Shown here: one piece after another, positions 11,441-24,522 of the stretch
How positions within the stretch are numbered: the stretch's first letter is position 1
Layout: every line of letters begins with the position of its first letter
Origin: Felis catus
Lineage: Eukaryota
Assembly: GCF_018350175.1 (NCBI RefSeq)
Contig: NC_058368.1
Span: 36,768,001 to 36,832,000, forward strand
Length of the DNA: 64,000 bases
Direction: 5' to 3'
Notes under the pieces: model-generated
Database searches by the model: none
The model's input: only the letters and a program-made list of their open reading frames with translations
Told to the model about the DNA's origin: nothing
Made by a program: the position numbers and the translations under genes

Positions 11441-14400
11441 AGTGCATTCCAATTAAATTTATGTTGTTTCATATATGTTCAGATTACTTATTTGGAATTA
11501 TCATCAGAGCTCTTAGAGGCAAATACATATAGATATACGTAGATGTGTAGATATTGTATATAGTACCTTTTGTGCCTTCGATATAAATGTTCTTCCTGGT
11601 TTTAAGTTATTTTGTCACTTAGCTATGATAATCTTCAGCGATTTCCAACTATTGTCGGATATTCCTTAATTTTGATTGATCTCCTTGTGATCAGAATGAT
11701 ATAAAAAAACAGACTATGCACTGCCAAAATAAGGAAATACACAAAATTGTTTTTGAATAGGGTATCTGTAACATTTTCCTCTTCTTTTTACTTTTCTGAA
11801 TTTTTGATTTTTGCTATGAGCAGGTATCTCCTTTATAGTGGGACCAAGAAAATTTATTCCTTCCCCCAAACAAAAGAAAGCTCTTTTTCTTCTTTTTTTT
11901 TTTCTCCTATATAGGGGTATGTTATGTTCTAAAACATTTAAATGATACTTTAAAAAGATGGTTTTCCTTTTTCTTCTTTTTTTTCATCCCATGCTCCTGG
12001 TGGCAATTTACCATCTGTGTGTGCAGGTGTGGTTGAAAATAGCACAGGAACAACACTTCTTTCCACACTCTTTGGTAGTGACATTTGAATATCTTTGTAA
12101 GTTTTTATTATGTTTCTGGCTATTCCTGTCAGTTGCTAGAAAGTGCAATACTTTCACTATATTATTCATTATCTAGGCAATGATTTAAGAATATATTTGT
12201 ACCCTTTCCATTCTTTCATGAAATTCTATATAATTTTTATCTTGTTTTAGTACAAAGCAGTTGTCTTACTTTGTTACCAAAACTACAGAAATTAATATTC
12301 ATTTCCTTTATAATGTAATAAATAATAAAAAAAGGGCTATGTACTGCATCTACAATATATATCCCTTCAGGGGTATGTAATTTCAATATGACATCTCTCC
12401 TTTTCCTCACAATGATACAATGGATTTGTATCAGTCATTAATGAATGTTCATCAGGAAGCATTCTTAGGGATGTGGCAGGTTGAACTTTTCATAAATTCC
12501 AATTTTATGTGACTAAAGCATGAATTAAATGAATCTGCTGTGCTGTGAATCTTGGAGCCTGGACGAAGTATCCATTGCTTGTGGCTTAAGGCTGAATAGA
12601 ATTTCACTGGATTCCAAATAGTTTCACCAGTTAAAGAAGGTAGATTTCTTTGCTTGATCTTCTAGAGTGATTTAAATAATACAGGTAATTAATTTTTTTA
12701 AAATCTATTAGTTTCATGTTTGGTGACCTCAAACATTTGAGGAGATACTATAGATATTTCTTCCATCTTTCAAATGTCATAATTCATGAACTTTGATTGC
12801 CATCACAACCTTGCTGTGAAATCAAGGATTATCTATGGTCACAAAAGATAAGATCTTTTGATCTATTTACTGCAGGATACTTGATCTCTTTAAATGGTGT
12901 GGAATGTAGCTGCCACATTATGTGTTTAAAAGACACAATTGGCTGAATTCCTGTTGTAGCAATCGTATTCTCCATTTGGAAGTACTGAATCTTATGGAAC
13001 TTGATAAGCTTCTGTAACTAAAAATTAAATGATTCCCCTAGCCTGAGATGCCTCTTACAAAAAGTGGAAGTTCAAGAATTGTCCCATTTCTCTTGAGGTC
13101 TTCTTGGTACAAGGACACCTGAATCCCATTATCTGGCTGAAACAAGCATTTTTGTCCTTGCCTGGGGTAATGGGATTGATGAACTGTTTTGTTTCCAGAA
13201 AGCAGGACAACTGCTTTGGTGAGCTGGTGCATAGGACCATACAGTGCACAGCAATCTTTCTGTAGGTGGGAAGGATTTGTGCCCAGTTCTGAAAGAGAGT
13301 CATCTGTTATTAACCTACCTTCTTCATGAGGCCTGTAATCAAACTATACCAGGTCTGAAGCAGGAATTTTAAGCACTTTGCTTTTGAATGGATGTAAAGG
13401 CTTTTAGATGCTGGATCAAGTAAGAATTAGACTCAAGATAGGCTGTTCCAGATTTTTACTCAAATAGAACTCTTGGCATCAACTTCACTGGCTTAAACTG
13501 TGCTTCTGTTGTTGGAAATGAAAAGCAAATCAGAAGACATCAAATGGGAGTCCCATTTTTGGATATACCAGCTCTCTGTTGCTCTGCTGTAGCAACCTGA
13601 GAGTCTGAAGAAAGTAGAAGTTAAAGGAGAGAAAATGTAATTATGTCTCTGTGGGCTTGTGAATCTGCTAGTGAAATTTTGCTTTTCTAAAGTAAGCCTT
13701 CCTATGAGGCAGCTTTTAGAAATCCTCCCTCTAGAAAATTGCCAGTAAAATGCTATTCTTGTGAAAAATTATATCACTGCATTTCTTCTCTCCCTTTTTA
13801 AAGGGAAGATTTTTCTTCAATTGGCTAAGTAGTCACAGGAATTTCACTTAATGTCCATTTTCATGATGTCTTTAAAATATTGAACAATATCTTTTATCAC
13901 AAGGTTATGAATGGTGGAAAAGTATTTAAATTGAGTAATTTCACTGACAATGTGCTAATAAATGTTGCTATTCAAAACATGTAAAATAATAAGGAGGCTT
14001 ATTTTAGGGCATTCACGTGTGAAAGGGTAGTGTGCTGCATAGTATGTGCTAATTATAGTGGTCAATCCAACTAGACAACCACCGAGTTGCAAACACTGTT
14101 TCTCAATAGGAAAGCACCGAATTTGACTCTAACTGTTGCTCCCAAATCTGAACCACTGCAGTGATGTGGGGGTAGGGACACTGGGAGGTTTCTTTGAGGA
14201 GTGTGCGAAGTCATAAAGAAACCCAACAAGAGCTATTAATCTTCAAAATGACTTTAAAAATGCTGTGTAATTCAACTTTGCTTTATACTGTTTGACATCG
14301 CACAAAAAGTACCTTAAAACAATTTGCATTGGTAAACAAAAAAAGGGGGGATATATAAAGAAAAAATGAGAAATGGTACAAAGGTTTTCCAATGAGATTT

Positions 14401-14776
14401 TTAAAAAAATTGATGAAGAAGCTGGCATAAGGAGCCTCTCCACAGCAAAGCTTTGAGCTTACTTCTTACATAGGGCCACAGAAATGTTTTGGGTCTTGCA
14501 CTGAAAAGGTTAACAGGGGGAAGCCACTAAGAAAGGCATGATGGCACCATTGGCCATATCCCCCCGATTTCACATTTGTGGAAATCTTGGTAGGTTTCAT
14601 AAGGGTAGCCCCAAATCAATCTGAATATTATGTGAGGATTTCAAAAGGCTGTCCTGAGGAAATGAAAATAGTTGAATAGATGGAATTGAAGATTATTTCC
14701 AAAGTCATTTACAATGTCACATATGCAAACACAGAAAAAATATAAGAAAAGAAATATTGCCAAGCAAATCAGATAA

Positions 14777-14788
14777 CATACACACACG

Positions 14789-14830
<42 letters not shown>
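14777..14830. repeat. (CA)n/(CG)n/(TA)n alternating purine-pyrimidine microsatellite
   Basis: CATACACACACGCGCGCGCGCACACA...CACATATATA read directly. Confidence 0.95.
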
Positions 14831-14831
<1 letters not shown>

Positions 14832-15145
14832 TTGAAACTCACATTCCTTTTAACAATTTAACTATGGCTTTGGTTCTGGTGATCACTGTATTAATTTAAG
14901 TTTTGGAATAGAGTTAGGCAAGCCTGACCCTGGGTAAAAATGAACACTAGTGAAGATTTTTGCTCTGTAGGTTCCTTGTCACTTATCTTATACTTTGGCT
15001 CTCAGTTTTAAGCACTCAGTATATTCATGGTGTCCAGGTCAGGTCCATCTGTCACTTGTAGGGCTTATATGTCTTAACACCCAACTTATATTTGAGACTC
15101 TCTCTCTCTCATTCATTCATTCAATTCGTTCATGCATAAAGTAAC

Positions 15146-15269
15146 TGTATGTATGTATGTATGTGTATATATACATGTATATATAGGTGTGTGTGTACAT
15201 CTTATATACACACACATATATACATATATATATATATATACATATATATATATGTATATATATATATAT
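15146..15269. repeat. Imperfect (TA)/(TG)/(TATG) microsatellite
   Basis: Read directly. Confidence 0.9.
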
Positions 15270-17479
15270 CCTTCCTTTTATTTACCTCATGTTTAAATAT
15301 GAGGCATTTTTTTTCCTATTCCTTTTGCTTCATGACATTTGGATGATCTAATTCACCAAAAGGTCTTGTTGCATGTTGGTGGATTCATGTTTTGTACCTT
15401 CCAGGGAATTCTTGAAGATATGGCCTTGTTCTCCAATGCCAAAATGTTAATCCCCGCTTCAATAAAGGAGAAGGGAGACACATAATAATCATTTCAAATC
15501 ACCTGTGTGACAGCAAATTCTACCTAAATGTGAAATAGCCTTAAGATTAACCTAGAGAAGATTCTTATGGGAATCTAGATCTTGGAACTTTCTCACTGAT
15601 TTTTTTTTCTTTCTGCTGAATATAGCTGAGGTGGTCGCAAAGGTTCTGTTATATTGTGGAATATACTTGGATGCTCTTCACTGTAAATTATGTGGGTGCA
15701 GTTTGAACCATGGTTTTTAGCCTGAGAATTTCAGAAATCTGAGTAAAGAGCTCTGAGAAACATTGCATGGAAAAAAGCAATCATATAGGACATTGTAAGT
15801 AGGATGGCATGGTGGGTGGAATGTCAGATGTTAAGAAATGTGAGTTGTGGCTCTGGCTCACATATGCCAAATCTAGTTTATCCTTTAATCTCTCTGAGTG
15901 AGACTCTTCAATTGTAAAATGAGGTGGTCATCAATGCTTCTCTGTTGGCACCTTGCAACGCCATCAAATAACTTAAACCCACTGGATTAGAAGATCTCTC
16001 ATGCTTTTTCCAGCTGTTCCAAACCTTGATTTCCCACTAGAAATTAAAACAGATTCAATAGGGCAACTTTGACTTATCAATAGAAGATACTTGTGGATCA
16101 CAGAAACTCTTGTTTTCTGTGACACATCCTTTACTAAGAATCCTATGGTTGAGCTCCTGCCAGGATTTCTAGAATTTAAATTCCTCCAAAGTATTAATAA
16201 ATATTTAGTATTTTGTCTCTCCAGGAGACAAGCTCCCTTCTCCCTGAATGTACATAAACAAGAGAAACTGACATTGCTGTCTACCTAGGGAATGATTATT
16301 CTGTAAAAAGTGCGGTTGGGGCTTTTAGGAATTAAGGCCTTTCTTAGCAGAGAGCCTTGTCTCATGCCTCTCTCAGACAGTCCCGGCTGGGCCAAGTGGA
16401 CATTTCTTGACCATAACAAGAGGCAAAGAAGGGAGCTATATCTTTGGAGTTTCTCTTTATTTGGACACCGCTTCTGATGTTTTGAGTTTGCCATCTCTTC
16501 AAACTGCTCTACACTTTCAGGTCCTCTGTTTCCTGTGATTCTCCAGCTCTTGCAACCCTCTCTTATTCTCTGTGACCTTTCCAGAGATCAGTTTGCAGCA
16601 AAGTCACATCCCCTAAGGTAAAGTGCCCTCCCACCGCCCCCAGCTCTTTTAGGCTACCGTTCCTCTAAGTAACAGCTCTTTTAAGGACAGTGTTCAGTTC
16701 TCTAGATTAGCTTTGGGAAAGCAAATCTGTATAAATACTCACTGCCATAATCTTAACTGCCCCCTCAGCAACTTTCTATTTTTCTCTGAGGTGGAGAAAC
16801 GGTCTGTTGATTTCTCCTTTGGCTCAGAGTGTATTCTCAGATACCCAAAGGATTCTAGGATTCTACAATTCTCTCTTTGTGGTGGATAATTCAAGAACCT
16901 AGGGAGCTTGGCATAACTCTCCAATTTATATTTACTTCTTTGGGCAAAGCAACACATAACGAATCAAGACTTAGAAACAGCTCTGGGCTTATCATAGTTC
17001 CCTGAGGTAATTATGCAAAGTAAACTCTAATAAAGATCATGGGTTATACACATAAGAGCAGCTTAAATCCATGCTTCATTTAAGCTCATTGTGATGAGTG
17101 GATATTGGTTGTTTGTTGCCTTCTCCCGGTGGACTAAAAGATTAGCGTTCATTTCAGAGTAGCATAATTTGTTCTTCAAGGGAAGACATTTAAATGATGA
17201 AGAAAATCACATCCTGTGGGATGACAGGTGACTTGGACCTTGGACTTTTTAAGTGTGTGTGTTTATAGTTTTTGTTCTCTAATCATTCAAAGCTGGAAGG
17301 TAGGAGGGATTCTAATTAGGGATATCTCTTTGGAGAGGGACCATGTATCCTAGGGATAGATGTCTCCTCCATCTCTGGTGCATGAGTAGGAATTTTTTGT
17401 GGTCATCAGACCACGATGTAATTTTCCATGAAATAAAGAGTAATTCAGAGTCATAGCACTGATGAAAAGATTGGGAAAT

Positions 17480-17823
17480 TGTCTTAGTCAATTTGGACTG
17501 CTGCAACAAAATACCATGGACTGGCCGGTTTGTGACAATTTATTCCTCATAGTTCTGGAGGCTGGAAGTCCAAGATCAAAACATGAGCAGATCTGGTGTC
17601 TGGTGAGCCCCCATTTCCTTGTCGATAGATGGAGGTCTTTTTACTGCAACCAGAGATGGTGCAAAGGGCAAAGGAGCTCTGTGGGGTCCCTTTTATAAGG
17701 GCACTGATCCCATTTACAGCATGACCCAGTCACCTCCCAAAGGCCATGCTCCTACACCATTACTTTGCAGGTTAGAATTCCAACAAATGAATTTTGGGAG
17801 ACACATGCATTCAGTCCATTGCA
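17480..17823 (-). mobile_element. MLT1A-type MaLR solo LTR
   Basis: TG...CA termini, AGTTCTGGAGGCTGGAAGTCCAAGATC, CACCTCCCAAAGGCC; perfect 5-bp TSD GAAAT at 17475-17479 and 17824-17828. Confidence 0.92.
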
Positions 17824-18279
17824 GAAATACAGTTAGGTGTAGTTTTGCTGATTTTGTGGGCAGATTAGTTGCATTATTAAAGGACTTCAAATTCTTGTCT
17901 TTGAAGGCCCATTAATGTCAGGCATTGTCTTCCCTAATGCCATTAATTTTCAGGCTCCCATGTCTGTGAGGTACAGGTCAGTTCTATCCAGGCTCCATGT
18001 TAATCCTCAGTAAGACAGGAACTGAGCATTAGAAGCCTTATCCACTGACAGATGGAGTCTGGAACCCTGCCACAATATACGTGGCAGTGAGGAATAGACT
18101 TAGCTTCTCACACTATGCAAAACACCTCCTGGTCTCTCCCAGGTGTCAGGCAATATCAGTTGGGATCTGGGTTTCTTTGTTCTAATACTTCAGAGATTTG
18201 GAACTCATTATCATTTCTGATAGCCAGCCTTACGGTTTAAAAAAACCCAGCAGTATTGATGATGGCTCAGTTTTATTTA

Positions 18280-18490
18280 GCACATTTACTTAGCACTATG
18301 TGGGATGAATTTTTTCAGTCATTTTATGTGGATTATCTCATTGAAATTCTCATCACAATCCAATGAAATATTTTATCCTTACTGTACAGTTCAGAAAATG
18401 TAAGCTTTGAAAGGTTAGTTAACTTGCCTGAGTTTACATAGCTGATAAGTTGCAGACTCAGTATTTGAAAACAGATTTCCTGACTTGAGA
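18280..18490 (-). mobile_element. MIR SINE
   Basis: ATTATCTCATTGAAATTCTCATCACAATCC..AGGTTAGTTAACTTGCCTGAGTTTACATAGCTGATAAGT resembles the MIR core. Confidence 0.65.
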
Positions 18491-18575
18491 ACATACATTA
18501 AGTGTAATTGATTGATTAATTAATTATATAAGGCATCTTTTAAGAAATGTGTTCTTAAACCTATTATTTTTCCCT

Positions 18576-20230
18576 TTTTTAATTATTGAAGTATAATTGA
18601 TGTATAATGTTATATTAGTTTCGGGTATACAGCGTATTGATTTGATAGTTCTGTACATTACTCAGTGCTCACCATGGTAAGTGTTGTCACAGTCTCTCAC
18701 CTGCAAAGTTATTACAGTATTATTGACTATATTCCCTATGCTGTACTTTGAATCTCCATGACTTACTTATTTTATAACTGGAAGCTTGTACCTCTTCTTT
18801 TTCTCTTTCACCCATTCCCCCACCTAACTCCTCTCTGGCAACAACCGGTTTGTATTTAAGAATCTGGTTTGTTTGTTCATTTGTTTTGTTGTTTAGATTC
18901 CACATATAAGTGAAGTCATATGGTATTGGTCTTTCTCTGTCTGACTTATTTTGCTTAGCCTAATATTCTTTAGGTCCATCCATGTTGTTGCAGATGGCAA
19001 GATTTTATTCTTTTTTTTTTTTTTTATGGCTGAGTGGTATTCCATATATATCTCACATCTTTTTTACACATTCATTTATCAATGGACACTTAGGTTGCTT
19101 CCAAATCATGACTCTCATAAGTAAAGCTGCAATAAACCTAGGGGTACATATAGTTTTTCAAATTAGCGTTTTTGTTTTCTTTGGGTAAATACCCAGTAGT
19201 GGGAATGCTGGATCATACAGTATTTCTATTTTTATTTTTTTTTTGAAGAACCCCCATAGTGTTGTCCACAGTGACTGTACCAATTTACATTCTCACCAAC
19301 AGTGCACAAGGATTCCCTTTTTTCCATATCCTCAACATCATTTTTATTTCTTGTCTTTTCGAAACTAACTATCCTTACTGGTGTGAAATGATATTTCAGT
19401 GTGATTTTGACTTGCATTTCCCTAATGATGAGTTAATGGTGAGTGTCCTTTCATGAGCCTATTGGACATCTGTATTTATTCTTTGGAAAAATATCTATTC
19501 AGGGCCTCTGCCCATTTTGGGTTTTTTTGTTTTTTGTTTGTTTTCTTTTTGTGTGTGGTTTTTGTTTGCTTGTTTGTTTGTTTGTTTGTTTGTTTGTTTT
19601 TTTGCCCATTTTGTAATAAGATTGTTTGTATGTTCTTTTTTGGTTTGAGTTGTATAAGTTTTTTACATATTTTGGATATTAATCTCTTACTGGGTATATC
19701 TTTTGCAAATATCTTCTCTCATTCAGTAGTTTGCCTTTTGTTTTGTTAATGGTTTCCTTTACTGTGCAAAATCTCTTTGTTTTGATGTAGTCCCAATGGT
19801 TTATTTTTGCTTTTAATTTTCTTGCCTGAAGAGACTTTTCTATAAGTATGTTGTTATTGGTGATGTCCAAGAGATTATTGCCTATTTGTCTTTTAGGAGG
19901 TTTATGTTTCAAGTCTCACATTTAGGTTGTTAATCCTTTTTGTTTTTTGGGGGAAGGAGTATTGGTTAAAAAAATGGCCCAGGTTCATTCTTTTGTTTGC
20001 AGCCGTCCATTTTCACCAGCACCATTTATTGGAAACACTGTCTTTTTCCCATAGTATATTCTTGCTTCCTTTGTTGCAGATTAATTGACCATATAGGTGT
20101 GCATTCATTTCTGGGCTCTCTATTCTGTTCCATTGATCCGTATGTCCATTTTTGTGACAGTACCATACTGTTTTGATTCCTATAGCTTTGTAGTATATCT
20201 CGAAATCTGGAATTTTAATACCTCTGCTTT
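18576..20230 (-). mobile_element. 5'-truncated L1 (carnivore-type 3' UTR plus end of ORF2)
   Basis: ORF fragments match the L1 ORF2 C-terminus (KAKINHWDYIKTKRFCTVKETINK; YHFTPVR..CTVGENVNWYSH); 3' UTR AGATTCCACATATAAGTGA; T-rich tail at left. Confidence 0.93.
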
Positions 20231-20473
20231 AATAGAACATGAATTTTAACCAGTCCTCCAGTTATCCATTATATCATAGGGTGCCTTGTATAATGGCCCA
20301 GGTGAGAAATTCTTAAAACCAGATAAATCATGTTCCTGCATTTGGTTTGTTTATATCTGATAGAAACACTACCAATCTTAGGTGTACTAACATTAAATTT
20401 TGGTTTTATACATTTTCCCTTTGCCCCATTTTGTTTTTCATTTAATAATATTCATTGTGTGTTATGTATTCAG

Positions 20474-20880
20474 TGTATTGATTAGAGTAATACTTGCAGC
20501 TGCTAAGTCTGTCACTGGCTTTACAAAGTAGAAGTTCATATTTTGCTCACATAATTGTTCAATGCTGGGGTTCCTGACTGCCGAGCCTCCTCCCTTATGG
20601 TGATTTATGGACCTATGCCTCCTTGATCATGTCAGTCAGCCTTCCCTTAGGTCTGCATAGTCCTCTGTCAAATGGAGAATGAGAGGATGCAGTAGACACA
20701 TTTGCTTCCCAAGCAACATGGCTGGAAGTGACACTTATCAGCCTGCTTGGCAAGAACCATTCACATGACACCATTTGAGGCAAGAGGACTTAAGGAATGT
20801 GATCCTTGGCTTGACATCTGCTTCTTGGAAATAGCTACATACTATGAATGAGTGACAACATGTAGATGTCCTTTTGTAAA
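20474..20880 (-). mobile_element. Old MaLR LTR (MLT1K/L-like)
   Basis: CTGGCTTTACAAAGTAGAAGTTCATATTTTGCTCACATA..GGAAGTGACAC..TTGGCAAGAACCATTCACATGAC. Confidence 0.6.
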
Positions 20881-21841
20881 ATAGTTGGGTATACGTAAAT
20901 AGTAAAGTTTTTGGAAATAGCAGCTGCAAAGCTGGAACCAGTATGGCTGCATGAATCATAGAAAGCTTTGTGCTTATTGGGCCAAAGTCTCTGGATGCAT
21001 TATGTAGCTGGGCTTTTGATTTGATATGTGAGTAAGTTCAACCTTTAGGGTTGTGCCAGACAATCTAATGGTCACTTGACGCCTCATATCTGGGGCACTA
21101 GACCACCATTTCTGTCCTTATATCTACTGGCTGGGCTCCTCTTCTAAAGTTGATAGAGACACTAAGAACCATAAAGTTGATACCGCCAATACCTGGAGAC
21201 TTGATGCTGGGAATTTCTTCTATTGATTCCTGGAATGGGTTTCCTTTGGTAGTCCCTGGTTTTCAGTGAGTTCTTACTAGTTGGTTTTCTAAAGCCCTGG
21301 CTCCAACTCACAACAGAGAGATGACTTCCCTCATATCTCAAACTGACTAGTAGGTTGCAGTGCGCATCTGGTTTAGCAGATGGTCACCAGTAAGATATAA
21401 CTTTATTTCCTATACTCTTCTTCTCCTCTGACTGTTCTGATCTAGACCAGCGTCAATGAGTCTTTGGTCCCAAACAGAGAATGTATATAAGCCTGACTCA
21501 GTCATTTCCACTTCATGCACTCTTTCCCCCCATTGTTAATGTTTTGTCAGGTTCCCCATACCCCTATCTGTTCATAGACTTGTCACCTCACTAACTCCAT
21601 GGCTGCTCCAGTCCTTGTGTGTGTTATTTACCAGCCTTTTGTTCCCATCTTACTCAAATCCAGGAATATACTGATAGATCAGAAGAGGGACACATCTTAA
21701 GTAAGATCATCCAGTACAGGGAGGTGGTCTAGGTCCATTTGAGGAATGTGGCTTAAATTTCCCCTTGTGATAACAATTCAGTATTCCCAACACGACAATC
21801 ATGGATATTAGATGAATCAAATTTACTTAACCTTTTCACGT

Positions 21842-21905
21842 ATCTAAACTCCCCAGTTAGGTGGCATTAACTAGGTAGCATCTAAACTCCCCAGTTAGGT
21901 GGCAT
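21842..21905. repeat. 26-bp exact direct repeat with 12-bp spacer
   Basis: ATCTAAACTCCCCAGTTAGGTGGCAT at 21842-21867 and 21880-21905. Confidence 0.95.
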
Positions 21906-23447
21906 AAGTCATGTATGGCTGGACATATGATTTATTTTTCTCTCATCTTGCAAATAAGGAGATAAAAATGAATGAGAGTACCTAAACCATCTCATACAAA
22001 TTTCTTTTAGACAGAATGTTTGAGCCAACAAACAAAAATTTCATGCTTTAAAGAGCATAAAGGAAATATTCACTAAAGAGGACTTTCCCTTTTGGATTCT
22101 CATCCTGAAGTGCAGGACACAGCTTGGAATATATTCTTGCCTCTGGGTAGGGGACAAGTTGGTAAAGGCTTATCATTTGTACTGATTGTGCTTAATTTTT
22201 TTTTTTTTTTTTTTTTTTTACTGTTTTGTCCTTTCCATATGCAGTTAAGTGTCACAAAGGGAACAGTTATTACTCAAAGAAGTAGGGCTTTGTTCTAGGG
22301 TTCAGTGTATTATAAGTTCGTGTGGACCCTGAATACATTTCTTTACCATTTGGACTTGAGTTGGCTCGACAATTAAAAATAATGTTAATAATGATGACAC
22401 CGATAGACCAGCATTGGGTTATGCCACTTGTTTGGCAAACGTTAGGATTTTGCCATACCAGAGGAAAGCCTCCCTGGCTGAGAAATTTATTTTCCATAAG
22501 CACTTCATCAATTTTAGCTGGAATGCCAAACAAACTGAGTGTTGCCTTTACGGTGATTTTTTTGGCCCATACAGTTATCTTTAATGTTTGGAATTTGTAT
22601 GGTGTTAGTCAGGATTATGTTCTCTAGTTCACCATTTCACAGAGCCATTCCACATTTTTCTAGGACATGGAGATATTTTATTTTGTAATCTTTCATGTAA
22701 GGGGTTTGAATAAAATTTCCTTGAATACTGTGCTTTATAATAACTTGAGATGTCATTTAAAGAGAAGAGATAATAGAATTAACATTTATTAGGCAGCTAC
22801 TTTCTGCCGGACACTTTATTTATGTATTATTTTAATTGAAATCCACAGAAAGTTTTTGAGTAAGGCAGTACTTTCCATTTTATAAATGAATAGACTAATA
22901 ATGTATAAATAGCTCCTGTGTAGTTAGCAGAACGGTGTGTGGAGGACAGGCTCTGAATTCCATTTCTAGAACTTTATTCCTTTCATTCTTAGGCTCCCAA
23001 GGTTTATAAAGACTACAGGCAGTAGCATGGCTCTGCTTGTTAAATGAAATCCAACAATAAATATTAGTAATGTGAGGAATAAAAAATTCATTTTGACAAC
23101 AGAACACATGACTATGTATGCTCCTTTTCTTTTTTCCTTGAACAAAACACCCACTGATTTCAAGGGCACTTTTGTATCAATAAAAAATCTCAATGTAATC
23201 TACTAGTCCTTGATTACTAGGTAGGTGTATATATCAAATCATATTTTCTATTTTTCATGTACCCACAGTAAAGGAGGGGTAGGTGGTAATTTTGATGTTT
23301 TAATATGATCTTGTTTATGCAATACAGAGGCATGCATGCTGAGTTTTGCAGTTGAAAACAACTAAGGCTGACATAAACACCAGAAACATGGATATTTGCC
23401 TGTTATTATACTACCAACACTGCCATTTCCATCTTGCATGAAAAAGA

Positions 23448-23484
<37 letters not shown>

Positions 23485-23489
23485 ATATA
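23448..23489. repeat. (TG)n microsatellite
   Basis: Read directly. Confidence 0.95.
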
Positions 23490-24059
23490 CTTTTATACCT
23501 GAAATATATTCCATCCATCACTTACACTTTCTAAGAATCTGTGGAAGTAGTAATACCACACTATAGAACCACTGTCACTGTAAGACATATAAAAGCAGCA
23601 AGAGATGAATGGCCTTATTACTGACTGAGGTAAAGTAGATTGACCCCGTGATTCAAATCTGATTGACTTAATGACTTTATTGCATATGGGCAGTGTCAGA
23701 AGGCCATCGTGAAACAATCATTTGCCTTAAGAATGTTGCTGCTTTTTAAAAGCATGACTCCAACCTTATCAGAATGTCAGAGTAGCTGTCCTGGCAACTG
23801 CATTTGTTGACTGGCAGGAAACCCATCTGTAAGCCAGTGATATGGGGATCTGGCGTCTGTGGAATGTGATTTTATTTTCCTGAGAATAAAGAAGCTATAT
23901 CCTTTGAAATGAAGAGCGCTGAATTTGTCTTTTAGAGGGTTGTGACTGTTGTGCCTTTTCCCTTAATCAGTTTCTACCAGAACTAAGAAAGAACCTGCCC
24001 TGTTCTCTATAATTCAGATGAAGAGAGTTGGGGGTAGGGTCTGACAAAAACATTTAAAA

Positions 24060-24522
24060 CCGGATTGTCAACCTGTTTGATACCATAGACCCCTTTGTAG
24101 GCAGTTGAAGCTGGTGGATGTCTTCTCAGTATGTTTTAAAGGCATAAAATAAAACATTTAAGTTTATAAGGGAAATCAATTATATTTAAGTACAATTATG
24201 AAAATATATAAAAAAATAAATTTGTGCTGAAGAAATATATGTGCTCTTTGATTAGTGAAGTATTGATGAGTATAAATACTTTTTTAAAATCTGTAAGAAC
24301 AGTAATATGGAAATACAAGTGATTTCTATTAGTGACAAACTCATAAGTAACCCTAATACTACTGTGATTTGTTACCTGAATTCATAAGTAAGGGGAATTC
24401 TAAATTTCAGTTAAATGTTTTTGAAAAATCTGATTTTTTTTCTCATACATTCTCAAATCCTGATTTCTATTCTTTAGCGGGTGTGGGGGGGTGGTCTGTG
24501 GACAAAGCCTAGGAGATTGCTT
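24060..24522 (+). mobile_element. MER119-like hAT-Charlie DNA transposon fossil
   Basis: CCATAGACCCCTTTG..GCATAAAATAAAA..GTGATTTCTATTAGTGACAAA..CTAATACTACTGTGATTTGTTACC..CTAAATTTCAGTTA..GGTCTGTGGAC collinear with MER119. Confidence 0.8.

Noticed and set aside
11077..11472. 131-aa minus-strand ORF
   Set aside because: Mostly an off-frame reading of the ERVL integrase relic; the true integrase frame has several stops.
13578..13596. GTTGCT-N7-AGCAAC inverted repeat resembling an RFX X-box
   Set aside because: The spacer is too long for the canonical X-box; likely chance.
21842..21905. Repeat-spacer-repeat units resembling a mini CRISPR array (also 35980 and 38758)
   Set aside because: Only two copies each, unrelated to one another, in mammalian DNA with no cas genes.
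22270..22627. Overlapping 87-aa and 101-aa ORFs after a poly-T tract
   Set aside because: Non-ATG starts, no recognisable domain and no clear donor; lengths are compatible with chance.
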